Positions 1 through 10,400 of a stretch of DNA of 64,000 nucleotides are shown in pieces. The DNA comes from Giardia intestinalis. Lineage: Eukaryota. How positions within the stretch are numbered: position 1 is the stretch's first letter; each line of letters opens with the position of its first letter. The position numbers and the translations under genes are program-made. The stretch lies in assembly GCA_000002435.2 (NCBI GenBank), contig CM018789.1; one strand, given 5' to 3'. The notes beneath the pieces are model-generated. The model was not told where the DNA came from. It saw only the letters and a list, made by a program, of their open reading frames with translations, and searched no databases.

Positions 1-276
1 CGGCGAGAAGTAAATCTGGTGCGGCTTCTGGTTGATCATCAAATTGATGTTGCTGAGAGCTTCTATCGCCGCCGCTGCAAGGTCCGGGTTGTCGAACTGG
101 ACGACCATGTAACGGCCGGTCTCCGTGCCTGAGCCGCGATCCTTGGAGAGGCGGACCCTCTCGTGCTCTTTGAAACCGGTGACACCGGCCTGTGAGAGGA
201 GCGCATAGACGTCCGACGCACCGAAGTTCTCAGGGATGTTGGAGATGAAGATGGATGGCGTGGGGCCGGATGACAT
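1..276 (-). CDS. RRM-domain RNA-binding protein. Only the N-terminal part lies in the window; the start codon is at 276 and the gene runs off the window start.
   Basis: The reverse-strand translation from the ATG at 276 is open to the window edge: MSSGPTPSIFISNIPENFGASDVYALLSQAGVTGFKEHERVRLSKDRGSGTETGRYMVVQFDNPDLAAAAIEALSNINLMINQKPHQIYFSP. It carries an RNP2-like IFISNI and an RNP1-like GRYMVVQF. It is absent from the ORF track because it is truncated by the window edge. Confidence 0.5.
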   Translation of the reverse strand, partial: MSSGPTPSIFISNIPENFGASDVYALLSQAGVTGFKEHERVRLSKDRGSGTETGRYMVVQFDNPDLAAAAIEALSNINLMINQKPHQIYFSP

Positions 277-424
277 ACTAACGCTTCGGCGGAGTATTCT
301 TTATTAAGACAGAAATCGAATTAGAAACATTTCCTGTTACTAAAAATGAAAAAAGCGGCAATTATCACAAACAGCTATAATGTGAACATATGACAAAGTC
401 TGGAAACAAATAGCGCTCAGCGGC
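277..424. promoter_or_regulatory. AT-rich divergent promoter region between the RRM gene (minus strand) and the zf-C2HC gene (plus strand).
   Basis: A 148 bp A/T-rich spacer (ttattaagacagaaatcgaattagaaacatttcctgttactaaaaatgaaaaaagcgg...) is flanked by two divergently oriented start codons. This matches the short AT-rich initiator regions of diplomonad genes. Confidence 0.4.
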
Positions 425-1624
425 ATGTCCGGGATTGCATGTCCCTTTTGTCAGAAGAAGTTTCAGGCACAGGACCTCATTACCCACTGCCGGATCTGCC
501 GAGCTCTCCAAGCTGAGGCTAGCTCTGCCGGTCAACAAACCAAGACAGACACCCAGCGGTCCAGGCAGCCTGTTGGAGCCGGTGAACGCACATCTAACCG
601 CGTATCAGAGGATTTTTCTACAAGGAAGGTCCAGGATAGTTCCAAACGCTCCTACGTTCAACAGGAACAGGAGAGTTCTCCTTCTAGAAACCACTCTGCA
701 AACACTCCTGCGAGGACTTCTGATCCAGCAGAGGGCGAAGAGTCCCGAGAGGAGTGTCCCCATTGCGGTCGCAGGTTCATTTCTAGTCGCCTTGAGAAGC
801 ACGTCAGTGCATGCGCTAAGCTTAGTACGCGGAGAGTCCCATCCTTCAATCCTCATGACCAGCGCTGGAGGAATGTCAGCAATGAAGATAGGCAGCTGGT
901 CAACGAAGCAGAGCCAAGCACGCCGATGTCGCGTTCCATGGTGAAGTCCAAAACCCCTGTCCGCAAGAAACTCAACTGGAATACATCAGATATGGCCGCA
1001 AGCTTTGGGCAAGAAAAGTTGGCTTTCAATCCCACATATGATGACAATGTGGCCCCCCAGCGGCCCGTTCAGCATAGCCCGCCGCCGCCGCAGCAACAGC
1101 AACAATCTGACGAGAAGCCCAAAGATTCAGTAAAGGAAGATCGCATCCCAGAGCCACGTTCACCAGAGCGTCCTAAATCTGCCATCCAAAGAGATGAGCC
1201 AACAGATCCCCGTAGTGTCCCAGACCCTGCTTTCATGGCGTCAGCTGTCGAGTCTAAGCATCGACACAGGCACCGTCGCCGCCATGAGCACGGGCACACT
1301 CCACGAGTGCCTTCGGAGACATCTCGATATGTGTCTAGCACTCCTGGCCATACTGTGCCTGCATATGTCTCGGGCGTGCCAGCACACCTCGTGCAGCAGC
1401 CAGCGCAGCTTACTCATCAAACCCCTCTGGCCATACCGCAGCTGTCAACCGTGGCAGTATCATCTGGCGTTCCTGGGCTTCCTGTGCGAATTATGGCCAC
1501 GCCTCCAGAGCTGTGCACCTTTTGCATTTACTGCGGCTTAAAATTCCATCCAGATGCGGTCTTTTGCGGAAATTGTGGTAGTAAGCGACAATCCTATGAC
1601 CAGATTTATGGTGCACCCCAGTGA
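425..1624 (+). CDS. Zinc-finger protein with two C2HC-type fingers (zf-C2HC_2-like) and a C-terminal zinc ribbon. It is Pro/Gln/His-rich, and its function is unknown.
   Basis: A 399 aa ORF carries CPFCQKKFQAQDLITHCRIC and CPHCGRRFISSRLEKHVSAC, which match the C-x2-C-x11/12-H-x3-C C2HC pattern. The C-terminal CTFCIYCGLKFHPDAVFCGNCG is ribbon-like. Low-complexity PPPPQQQQQ and HRHRHRRRHEHGH tracts are present. The stop is TGA. Confidence 0.6.
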   Translation: MSGIACPFCQKKFQAQDLITHCRICRALQAEASSAGQQTKTDTQRSRQPVGAGERTSNRVSEDFSTRKVQDSSKRSYVQQEQESSPSRNHSANTPARTSDPAEGEESREECPHCGRRFISSRLEKHVSACAKLSTRRVPSFNPHDQRWRNVSNEDRQLVNEAEPSTPMSRSMVKSKTPVRKKLNWNTSDMAASFGQEKLAFNPTYDDNVAPQRPVQHSPPPPQQQQQSDEKPKDSVKEDRIPEPRSPERPKSAIQRDEPTDPRSVPDPAFMASAVESKHRHRHRRRHEHGHTPRVPSETSRYVSSTPGHTVPAYVSGVPAHLVQQPAQLTHQTPLAIPQLSTVAVSSGVPGLPVRIMATPPELCTFCIYCGLKFHPDAVFCGNCGSKRQSYDQIYGAPQ

Positions 1625-1628
1625 CAGA

Positions 1629-2498
1629 CTACTTGTCCTTCTCAATCCGGCGTATGGTGTTCTCTTGATCGTCGCGAACATCTCCTCGAACCTCAAGCCT
1701 AAAAATCCCTGCTATCATTCTAATTATCATCACCATCCAATATACGTCTATGACATAGAGACTCGTAAGGACACCATAGAACCCCCACCTGTGTAGTTTT
1801 GTCTCTCCACAGTTCTGACCTGCTCCTAGTCTCTTTTCAACCAGGAAGTCACACTTTCCTGCTATCGGCGGTATTATAAGGTATGTGGGGTAAACAACTA
1901 TTCTAGCAATGAAGAAGGTCAAGGCAAAGAGCACAAAGGTCACCAAAGACCAGGGCTCTCCTATGGTGAGGTTGATGATCTTTGAGGCTTCGAGAAAAAT
2001 GTCCGATACGTCGTGGAGGTTTGCGAGTATCAGCCCAAAGTTGTAGTGGCGGAAGGAGTATCCTGCCACTATCAATGTACATGCAATCACATGATGTGCT
2101 AGCATCACTGTAAAGTCTTTATTGTTCTTCCTTGTCTCCGAGAATAAGAAAAGCAAGCTGACAGAGTATACCGTAAGCTGACAGATAAAGAACTTGTGCA
2201 CGTTAGCAGAGAAGGACAGCCTGAGAGGATAGTCGCTGAAGAAGGCTTCAAAGTGGTATGGCTGTATCCCTCTTTCCTTTATCAATGCGTGAGAAAACCA
2301 GTACAGTAGTGTATACTGAATCAGATAAAACCCAGACTCTGCCACTTTTCCTTTAGCAACAGGATGTGCTGATGCCCATGGCGTGCGACTAGCTACATAA
2401 CGAAGACAGCCACTTAGCATGTAGCGTATGCCCGCCCAGATAGGGATAGTAAACACCAAACAACTGTAATGTAACCAGTTTATGGGGAGCGAGAGCAT
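1629..2498 (-). CDS. Ceramide synthase (LAG1/TLC-domain, sphingosine N-acyltransferase).
   Basis: A 289 aa multi-pass membrane protein carries the Lag1 signature HHVIACTLIVAGYSFRHYNFGLILANLHDVSDIFLEASK. This matches the conserved HH...LHD.SD..LE..K motif of Lag1p/CerS. An A-rich initiator context (aaacttaaATG) precedes the start. Confidence 0.75.
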   Translation of the reverse strand: MLSLPINWLHYSCLVFTIPIWAGIRYMLSGCLRYVASRTPWASAHPVAKGKVAESGFYLIQYTLLYWFSHALIKERGIQPYHFEAFFSDYPLRLSFSANVHKFFICQLTVYSVSLLFLFSETRKNNKDFTVMLAHHVIACTLIVAGYSFRHYNFGLILANLHDVSDIFLEASKIINLTIGEPWSLVTFVLFALTFFIARIVVYPTYLIIPPIAGKCDFLVEKRLGAGQNCGETKLHRWGFYGVLTSLYVIDVYWMVMIIRMIAGIFRLEVRGDVRDDQENTIRRIEKDK

Positions 2499-2510
2499 TT
2501 AAGTTTCCGA

Positions 2511-3308
2511 CTAGATTGCAGTATACAGTTTGGTTCTATTCATCTTGGCATAAATGGGATATAACGACAACGGGGGAGAGTGTGCTTCTTGTGAATTACT
2601 AACTAACTTCGTAGCCACTTGAGGCCCATCTAATGTACCTCTATTTGGTTGTAGTGGCACGTCTAGTTGTATACGGTTCCGGCGTATATAGCTACAGATA
2701 TATTGTCGATAGTCTTTTGCTGTTGCTGCTACCCCTGTTGATGACGCACGTTTGGAATGAGAGCAGTGAGTATCTTTAGCTGTTCGCTTTTTGGGTCTGT
2801 GCTTCAGGTATGCAGTATATTCCCTTTGACGGGTAGCTGCCAAGTCTGTACAGCTCTTAGCACATAGGCACTCGGCCTGCACTCTATCTGATTGACGTAG
2901 TGCACTTGAGCTTATCGCTATTGAGCCATGGACATTCTCTGCGTCCACTGTAGCGTAGTCTGTCACATGAGCAGATGGGACAGTCGAAGAATCATCGGAC
3001 GAGGACTCTAAGCCAAGAAGAGAGTACACTCTCGACTTGCAGACTGCGGGAGACGAGAGGGTAGCATTGCCTATAACATCCCATGCGTCGCCGAACAGAC
3101 GGTAGAGTCTCAGGAGCTCGTTATCAGTGACTACGCTTACGGTGCGCTTGTACTGCAGCACATGAGCCCAGCGCTCCCTACACTCTTGCGGACTTCTTCC
3201 CACTAGCAGGCTTGAGATAGCGCCCCACTTGTGCACGCCATACCTATTTACTGCTTGCTCAAGCATTATGTCATCCTCCTTGCGCCATCTGACTTCTTCT
3301 AACGACAT
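2511..3308 (-). CDS. Myb/SANT-domain DNA-binding protein.
   Basis: The N-terminus has a Myb-like repeat, WRKEDDIMLEQAVNRYGVHKWGAISSLLVGRSPQECRERW, with the spaced Trp residues. A second partial repeat is VTDNELLRLYRLFGDAWDVIGN. The remainder is a Ser-rich basic tail. Confidence 0.6.
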   Translation of the reverse strand: MSLEEVRWRKEDDIMLEQAVNRYGVHKWGAISSLLVGRSPQECRERWAHVLQYKRTVSVVTDNELLRLYRLFGDAWDVIGNATLSSPAVCKSRVYSLLGLESSSDDSSTVPSAHVTDYATVDAENVHGSIAISSSALRQSDRVQAECLCAKSCTDLAATRQREYTAYLKHRPKKRTAKDTHCSHSKRASSTGVAATAKDYRQYICSYIRRNRIQLDVPLQPNRGTLDGPQVATKLVSNSQEAHSPPLSLYPIYAKMNRTKLYTAI

Positions 3309-3326
3309 CGGGAATAAAGTTAGGAA

Positions 3327-3725
3327 CTAAATCCCTTGCACCAGTCTCTGGACTCCCTTCTCAAATTTTGCTGCACGGATAAGCTGATTAGGAACAAAGA
3401 AGGGATTCTTGACCACAAAGTCTGCATATAAACGATATAGATCCCGAAGAAACTGGTGAAGCCGCACAATAGGCACATGCTTCGCTGCTGCCGCAATCAA
3501 ACGAATTCCAGTTGGAGTTTCCAAGCACGCGATGCTCCCTGCTGTTGTTCCTATTTCACGTAGCCCAGAGGTGCAGGGCTCTCTTGGACTGCATTCATTA
3601 GACATTATTGACAGGCTGAAATACGTCGAAGCTAGCGCGATATGGTCGTTAGAGTCTAGGTTCTTGATAGTAGAGTAGCTGTACATGAGAGACCCCGAGC
3701 TGTTGATCAAGTAGACCTGCTGCAT
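3327..3725 (-). CDS. TRAPP complex subunit, TRAPPC1/Bet5-like (sybindin fold).
   Basis: The track ORF 3327..3860 overlaps the 3' end of the MFS gene. Homology begins at the internal Met at 3725 (MQQVYLINSSGSLMYSYS, compare MTVHNLYLFDRNGVCLHY of TRAPPC1). LETPTGIRLIAAAA matches YETPTGIKVVMNTD. The C-terminus LYADFVVKNPFFVPNQLIRAAKFEKGVQRLV matches LYVELVVKNPLCPLGQTVQSELFRSRLDSYV. Confidence 0.7.
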   Translation of the reverse strand: MQQVYLINSSGSLMYSYSTIKNLDSNDHIALASTYFSLSIMSNECSPREPCTSGLREIGTTAGSIACLETPTGIRLIAAAAKHVPIVRLHQFLRDLYRLYADFVVKNPFFVPNQLIRAAKFEKGVQRLVQGI

Positions 3726-3769
3726 GAAGGTTTTTAATTCACTTACAGTGTAATCGTATTCATGCCCAT

Positions 3770-5749
3770 TCACACACGGGCCAAGGAGGCTCTCTCCTCC
3801 TTTTGCTTTTGTTCCAGCTGGTTTGCGACGTTCTGCTCGAGAATAGGCCTTACAAAGCATAAGAAAATGAGGGATACCGAACCATAGAGCATAAACAGCA
3901 AAGATCCATTCCTCCAGTTCCAGTTGTAAAGCTCCCCGGCCATCAATGCAGCCCCGAACCGTCCAATGCTGTTACCTATCTGAAAGAGGCCCATCAACGT
4001 CCCTCTATTCTGGGGAGTGGTATAGAGAGTTGCAAATTGCACGATTAGAGCGTCGCCCAGGTTCAGTGCAATGGTATTGAACGGAAGAAACAAGAGCCAA
4101 ATCGGGATTGGTGGATCAACTGCCCAGCGTAAAAGCCCAGGTATCATTGACAAGATTATAGACATGATAATGACACGCAGCTCACCCATATACTTAGCCA
4201 GGATGCGAGTTAATCCGAGTACAAAGGCCAGTGCTATCAGAACAGAGACAAATGCCGCAATGCTGCTCCACTTCTTTGCGACTTGCGAGTCTGAGAACCC
4301 ATAGAACTTAGAAACTATGTATGTGCTGCTGCTGAACGGAAGCTGAGACGAAAACATTTGGAAAAGGTAAGCAAACCAAAGAATGACAAGCTCCCTACTC
4401 TTCACAAGCACCTTGAACGTGGTGCAGAAGCTGTCCCTCTTCAAGTTTTCCCTGTAGGCAGTGGTGTTGGTTTTCCCCATTTTCTTGGCAGCTTTTCTGG
4501 CAAGAACACCTGCGGACGACTCCTTCATGCAAACAGATAAGATCAAGCATAGGGCATATGAGACAGAAGCCACATAGCATGTGTGCTGGAAACTTATAGA
4601 AACCGCTGACGGATTGGTTTTCGTATCATATCTTCCAGTAGAAAAAACAAAGGACACCAACAAGGAAGCGGCGGCAGACCCCAACTGGTTGCATACATTG
4701 GCACCTATTAGTACCATCGGTCTCACCCTAGGATTGGCGATGTCAGAAGCAATCAGAAATGAAATGGGGATGGTGATGGCAAAGATGCCATTAATAGCAC
4801 GCATCCCAAGGATGAAGTTGATTTTGCTTTGATTTCCGGCAGCTGTATTGGCTTCACCTATTAACAGTGCCAAAGAATAGACAGCCATCATCACGGTATA
4901 TCCTGCAAAGGAGATGGACATGATAATTCGGCGTCCAATAAACTCCGACGCCCAAAGAAGGAGAGGACAGCAAATGAGTTGTGCCAGATTGAAAAATGCG
5001 GTGCTATTGAGTGTCTGCGATGGAGTAGCCGACAGGTCTGTAAGGTAGAATGGCAAAGTAAGGCCTACGCATTGGTACCCCAATCCAGCAACTATATTAA
5101 TGGCCAAAAGGTGTATGACGCGGCAGCTGCACCATGTACGCTTATCCTGGAGGTCCTTATTGTTGTCCATGGCGCTAATGGCCTCTGCGTCAAGGTTGAT
5201 GACCAGCTTGACCTCGTCTGGACAGGGCTTGTAGTCCAGGGTGAAGTGGTCTGCGTTCCAGTCGATCTTCGGGGTGCCCATGAGCTTCTCCACATAGACC
5301 AAGGAGGAGAAAAGGTGGTCGACGAGCTTGAAGTATGTCTCCGTGGTCGCCAGTTCGGGCGCGGGGTGCAGCGGGTCCGGATGCACCCTGTTCATCTCAG
5401 TGCAGTAGTTCTGGTAGCGACGGTGGGCCTCTGCCGGGTCCGCTGCTGGGAGGACCGCTTCGCTAGCTCCCATGGCCTCTGGCAGGTGTAAGTCCATCTT
5501 GGGAGAATCGGCATCCAGGGGCGCGCTGGACGGTCCGGCTGCCGCACACCCTGCAGCGCAGACGACGAGCTCCAAGATGTCTGTGCACTGGATGCAGTCG
5601 CCGAGATAGCGGTCTCGGTTGCTGTCTCCGAGTCCGTACGCGTCGAAAGCGTGTCCCGCCGCAGCCACAAGGAGCCTCAAGTACTCGAAGCAGCGATACT
5701 GTGTGCGCGCCCTGGCCTCCCCGGCCGGGTTTAGAACGAGATTTGCCAT
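3770..5749 (-). CDS. Major-facilitator-superfamily-type multi-pass transporter with a roughly 200 aa soluble N-terminal extension.
   Basis: The 659 aa ORF has an N-terminal hydrophilic region followed by about 12 hydrophobic spans with a central loop. The overall MFS-like topology is read from the hydropathy pattern. Confidence 0.6.
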   Translation of the reverse strand: MANLVLNPAGEARARTQYRCFEYLRLLVAAAGHAFDAYGLGDSNRDRYLGDCIQCTDILELVVCAAGCAAAGPSSAPLDADSPKMDLHLPEAMGASEAVLPAADPAEAHRRYQNYCTEMNRVHPDPLHPAPELATTETYFKLVDHLFSSLVYVEKLMGTPKIDWNADHFTLDYKPCPDEVKLVINLDAEAISAMDNNKDLQDKRTWCSCRVIHLLAINIVAGLGYQCVGLTLPFYLTDLSATPSQTLNSTAFFNLAQLICCPLLLWASEFIGRRIIMSISFAGYTVMMAVYSLALLIGEANTAAGNQSKINFILGMRAINGIFAITIPISFLIASDIANPRVRPMVLIGANVCNQLGSAAASLLVSFVFSTGRYDTKTNPSAVSISFQHTCYVASVSYALCLILSVCMKESSAGVLARKAAKKMGKTNTTAYRENLKRDSFCTTFKVLVKSRELVILWFAYLFQMFSSQLPFSSSTYIVSKFYGFSDSQVAKKWSSIAAFVSVLIALAFVLGLTRILAKYMGELRVIIMSIILSMIPGLLRWAVDPPIPIWLLFLPFNTIALNLGDALIVQFATLYTTPQNRGTLMGLFQIGNSIGRFGAALMAGELYNWNWRNGSLLFMLYGSVSLIFLCFVRPILEQNVANQLEQKQKEERASLARV

Positions 5750-5822
5750 AATGGTGCCTTACAATAAATATTGCAAAAGGATTATTACTTCATTCCTGTT
5801 TTGATATTCCAAAGTTTAAAAT
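5750..5822. promoter_or_regulatory. AT-rich bidirectional promoter between the MFS transporter (minus strand) and the coiled-coil gene (plus strand).
   Basis: A 73 bp spacer, taatggtgccttacaataaatattgcaaaaggattattacttcattcctgttttgatattccaaagtttaaaatttgaag, lies between divergent ATGs. Confidence 0.4.
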
Positions 5823-7409
5823 TTGAAGATGCCATTGACAAAAGAATCGGCAGCCGTGGAAAAGAGAAAGCTTGATGAAGCGTCCAGTCTCGTTTCCCGT
5901 TTACAGAATAGACTTGTAGAAGGCGTGGGGAGTCGCACTGAGGCAGAGGCCATTCGTCAGAAGATTGTTTCTCTTGGCGGGACTGTCTCCCAAGATGTCA
6001 TGAACAATGCAGTCAAGGCAGTTGCTGTGTCGCGAACTTCTCAAAACCGGATCGGCAGTCTGATGGCTCAAACTAGCGAGCAAGCTAAAGACTTGGGATG
6101 CAGTTCTGAGTACACCCCTTCCAAGGCTGTCCCCGATACATGGGAAGCACTGACACGCGATAGGCTCAAAATAATTCATTCAGAGGAGGAAGAAGTTAAA
6201 GCTGTTCAGTCCCAGAAAGAAAAGGACCTCAAGGAGGCACAGAGAAGAGATATGATAGCAAAACGGAAGGAGCGAGAGCTTGAGGAGAAGCTTGAGAAAA
6301 TGGAGCCTTCGTTTGCTTTGAGAAACACGGCGTGGGATAACTTTGGACGCAGAGATCAAACTTTGGCAAAAGAACGCAACAATCAGGCAGCCAAGGCAGA
6401 GCTGGCCAAGGAACTCAAGAGTGCAGCCATCAAGGAGCAAGAACAGCGCCGACAGCAGCGAAAGGACTACAGACAGCAGGGCCTCTATGACTCTGATGCT
6501 CTTCCACATGACCGTATTGATCCCGCAACGGGCAAACCTCTACATACTGCTCTACCTGATAAGTATTTAGAGAGGATGAAACAGGAAGCGTGCAAGGAGC
6601 ACGATTGGGTGCCCGACATTCCATCTAGGACTGAAACCTTACAGCGTGCAATGTTAGGGCTCAACCAGCCAACAGACATTCAGGCATCGGGGGTTGGCAA
6701 CTCAATATCGTCAGGCGCTATGCAGTCGCGAGCAGGTTTCAAACATACAACCAAAGTACAAGCCTATCAGGAGCGCGCGAGGGCAGAGAAAGAAGAACTC
6801 AAGAACATGTCGAAAGTATACAAGACTCAAGAGATACAGAATCAGAACCTATTCAGCAAGGCAAACTCGACTGCAAACATCGCCAGGCACGATGCCATGG
6901 TTGCCGAAGTGCATACAAAGAAAATCCAGGACGAGCTGGAACTACGTCAGCGCCGAGAAGGTGGTATGGAGCTGCCTACAGCAGACGAAGTTGCTCACTC
7001 AAAGAAGGGCGCTTTTACATCTACTAAACCAGTCGAATATTCTCCTGAAGATGAAAGGATCCCTTATAACGCAAAGGGCGCCTCCTACATAGATCAGTTT
7101 GGCATTGAGGACGAAGCTAGGATGCGTCGCGACCGCAAGCACGTCGCACCCTTAACAGAGGAAGAGAAACGAAAGCTGGAGAAGGAGTTCTATTACAAGA
7201 GGAATCCCCACAAGCGGCCTCTGAGCCCCACCGTTGCTGCGATTATTGAGAATGAAAAAGCGCTGTCGGCAAATAAGGCTACACGCAATCCAGTGAAGGC
7301 TGCGCCTAACCTCGATGTTCCTCTTCAGAGAAAAGAAGACTTTGAAAGGCTCAATTCCGAAGAGATGAAGATCAATGCACTCCCTTGCTACATAAAGCCC
7401 CTCATCTAG
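5823..7409 (+). CDS. Hypothetical charged coiled-coil protein.
   Basis: The 528 aa ORF is K/E/R/Q-rich with heptad-like stretches (KEKDLKEAQRRDMIAKRKERELEEKLEKME). No recognisable enzymatic motif was found. Confidence 0.55.
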   Translation: MKMPLTKESAAVEKRKLDEASSLVSRLQNRLVEGVGSRTEAEAIRQKIVSLGGTVSQDVMNNAVKAVAVSRTSQNRIGSLMAQTSEQAKDLGCSSEYTPSKAVPDTWEALTRDRLKIIHSEEEEVKAVQSQKEKDLKEAQRRDMIAKRKERELEEKLEKMEPSFALRNTAWDNFGRRDQTLAKERNNQAAKAELAKELKSAAIKEQEQRRQQRKDYRQQGLYDSDALPHDRIDPATGKPLHTALPDKYLERMKQEACKEHDWVPDIPSRTETLQRAMLGLNQPTDIQASGVGNSISSGAMQSRAGFKHTTKVQAYQERARAEKEELKNMSKVYKTQEIQNQNLFSKANSTANIARHDAMVAEVHTKKIQDELELRQRREGGMELPTADEVAHSKKGAFTSTKPVEYSPEDERIPYNAKGASYIDQFGIEDEARMRRDRKHVAPLTEEEKRKLEKEFYYKRNPHKRPLSPTVAAIIENEKALSANKATRNPVKAAPNLDVPLQRKEDFERLNSEEMKINALPCYIKPLI

Positions 7410-7462
7410 CGCTCCTCAGTAAATGGCCCGTGAGAACTTGATTTACTAGGGAGACGAACGTA

Positions 7463-10400
7463 TCAATTCATGAACTGATAGGTGTGGGTTGCGTATATGT
7501 CCGGTTTGCCACTCTGTGTGACGTCGAAGGGTCCAAGCGCAGAGATCTCGTCGTAATCAGCGTCTTCGCCGTCGGAGTCAGAAAGACCGAGAGTACCCAG
7601 GAACTCGCCCCTGTCGCTACGGTCCAGAACGACAATAGGCTTAGCCCCAGTACTGCGCCATAGGGATCGGCAATCGTGGCGAAGCTCCACAAGGCCTTTT
7701 GTTGTGTTAAAGCCGGGAGCGTTTAGTTCGGCCTTTCTTCGCAGGACCTCGGCACGTGCTGCCAGTGAAATGAGAGTGGTGGTGGAGGGGTCGAGAATCT
7801 TGATGCTGTAGAAGGTCTGGTCATTGTACACAGACGAGACGCTTGCGCAGCTACCGAGAAACGCGTCAGCGCTCCCCTTCCACAGGTCTGAGACCTGCTC
7901 TAAAAACCGTGACGTGCCTGTGTAAGATGGTATGAGACTGGAGTAGACGGCGCTACAGATGGACTCGGATGTCGGAATCATCTTTCCATAGTACTTCTTG
8001 GAGAAGTATGCAGTATTGGGGTCAATCGCGTTGAAGTTAGACATGATTGGAGCAGCATAGTGCGAGACCATTAAGACCTGTTGTCCATTGACGGGGATAT
8101 ATGTGAGGTCATGCTCGTCTTCGATTCCACGTTCTAGAATAGTTGATTCTTTAAGCACAGAGTATCTGTTAAGATTCTTAGGATCTCCTGTTGTAATCAA
8201 GTGCGAGGCAAGCGTCGATCCCTCGATAAGAGACGTAGTCGGCAGCGCCTCGCCAATCTCATCTCCCAGAAGCTGTATGGAAATCATGTCCTCCTCGAGA
8301 CGAATGCGGCGTGGTGCAGCCACAGAGTTTGCTCTTGCTGCCCTGAGAATAGAGTTAGACGGATACCTGTTTGCTTGCTCCGTCGCACTAGCACCAGGAT
8401 TACATGGAGAAAACGATTTCATGTGTGCAAAGAAGTCTTGGCATGAGGAACTTCGGGCCAGATTAACCTGCTGAGACACAGTTTCAAAATACGCATCGAG
8501 GGCTTCGTCGGCGAGAGCTGCTGCACTCAGCATCAGTCCTGTGTTAGCGTTTTCGCTTTTGACGGTATCTTCCACAAAGCCGGAGGCCGTACCTGCCCCA
8601 GAGAGCTCATGAGCGACGATGGCACTTTCAACAGCAGAGTTTGCCCGCTTACTCCGCCCAATCATGGAGACATGATCTGCATAGACTTTGGCGGCATTCT
8701 TTGGTTCGCTTAGGATTGTGAAGCAATGGAGTTCTGCGTCCAAGGACTTGGAAATAGCAACGATCACTTCGTCCGGAATAACGTTCGTCACTTCGCCCAG
8801 ATTGTTGATAGCTAGTATCACGTCTGATGCTTGCATAAGGTTAACGCAGTTAGTACATATAGCGCGCAGTATGTCAAGGGGAATGGCTGCAAGAGAGCTC
8901 AGCAGAGAGATGTCAATCTTAGCTGCAGGAATCGCAGTGAGTATTCTCTTGATATTATCGTTATAATTGAAAGTGTTCTTCTGCAGAGCCCCAGCGGTTC
9001 CATAACCTGTCATTGAGGTGCCTCCTAGCGCACTTCCCATCGCGCTATGGTGACGGCTAGCTGCGGAGACGTTGGCTGTCCGGGTCACTCTGGATGCTTG
9101 TTCAAGGGTGGACTGTGCGCTTGGGCCTCCCATCAAGCCAGAAAGCAGGGTGTGATCTGTGCTCTCATACGCATTACGATCGATGACTACGCCATCCGCA
9201 TTGCGCTCCACAAAGGTAATTTCCGACTGTCCACTGAGGAGAGATTTTTCAATGGACTTCGCATAGGCCCTGCTAAATTCTATCGCGTTGACACGACCTA
9301 TATCAAATCCAGACGAAATGTGGCTCTGCTGAATGAATTCGTTCTCCAAGTCATTAAAGCCGTCAACAAACATGCGTCCATTTGCATGATCGTACCAGTA
9401 AAGTCGCGGTATCTGCAAGCGGCTAGTTCCTGAAAGTCTTGCGTCATATGTATTAAGCTCGTTGGACGTTTCCTCATCGGCACCATCTTCACTTGCTTGA
9501 GGTGTACGGGTCTCCTTAGATTTGGAAGGCGCAGTAGCAAGGTTTTCAAGCCGCGCCCTGAGCCACTCTGCCGTAGTGGCTGTGAAAACGTCGTCCAGCT
9601 CACTTTTCCCAAAGACCGTCTTCGCCATTTCAATGAGTTCAGCATCTGTAATATGCCTCTGTTCTCTAATTTCTAAAATGTTTTTCGCTAATTTGACGAG
9701 CATACCTGTTTGCGGAATATGACCAACTTCGACATCAATGATATCCTGACGAAGCAGCTTGAAATCGAGCCCTGTAATGGGGGTAACATGGTAGCATTGC
9801 CTCTGCTTTATGGTGGGTGAACCAGAAGAAAGCCCTACATTGAGGTCAGGATTAAGCGTTTCATAGTCTGCTCCGCCAGCAGACACAGACAGATTCGGGT
9901 CTTCCTCACGCGCTTCCTGCTTCCTGCAGCTGATTCTCGCTCTGTATCGCTCATACCGGTGATACTTTAGCTCGGCTGTAACGTGTATATAGCGACTGCC
10001 GGAGAGGAAGGGCGTCTCGTCACAGAGCCTGCGAACAACGTGTTCCTGCTGAAGATCTAACTCATCATCTGACTCATATGTCGCGAGGTAGCTTGTCGAC
10101 TTGTGCTGGAGGTGTGCCGGTAAAACGTAATCCGATTTGTTCATTGATATCATGTGTGACCCAAACTTCACCTGCTCTGCGCCTGCCTGCTGTCCTTTGG
10201 CGCGCTGCTTGTCAACATTGGCCAGAAGGCCTGCCGAGAGATGAGCAGATCCGGCTGCCCCAGAAGAATCACCAGAGATAGATCCACCATACGCCCGCCA
10301 GAGAACAGTGGCCATACTCACTCGTATGAGTTGCGTAAAGTCCTCCTCCTCAAAGAGAAACTGAGTGTGTGTGCGTGGATCAATGATCAACTTGGGTATT

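Noticed and set aside
435-1541. Multiple 60-170 aa alternative-frame and antisense ORFs inside the zf-C2HC gene. Similar nested ORFs occur throughout the track, for example 4979..5491, 8088..8474, 17754..18578, 37543..38057, 56833..57372 and 62289..62963.
   Set aside because: They are nested within long conserved or length-dominant ORFs on the opposite strand or in another frame. They have low-complexity or unusual composition and no family signatures. They are treated as chance ORFs.
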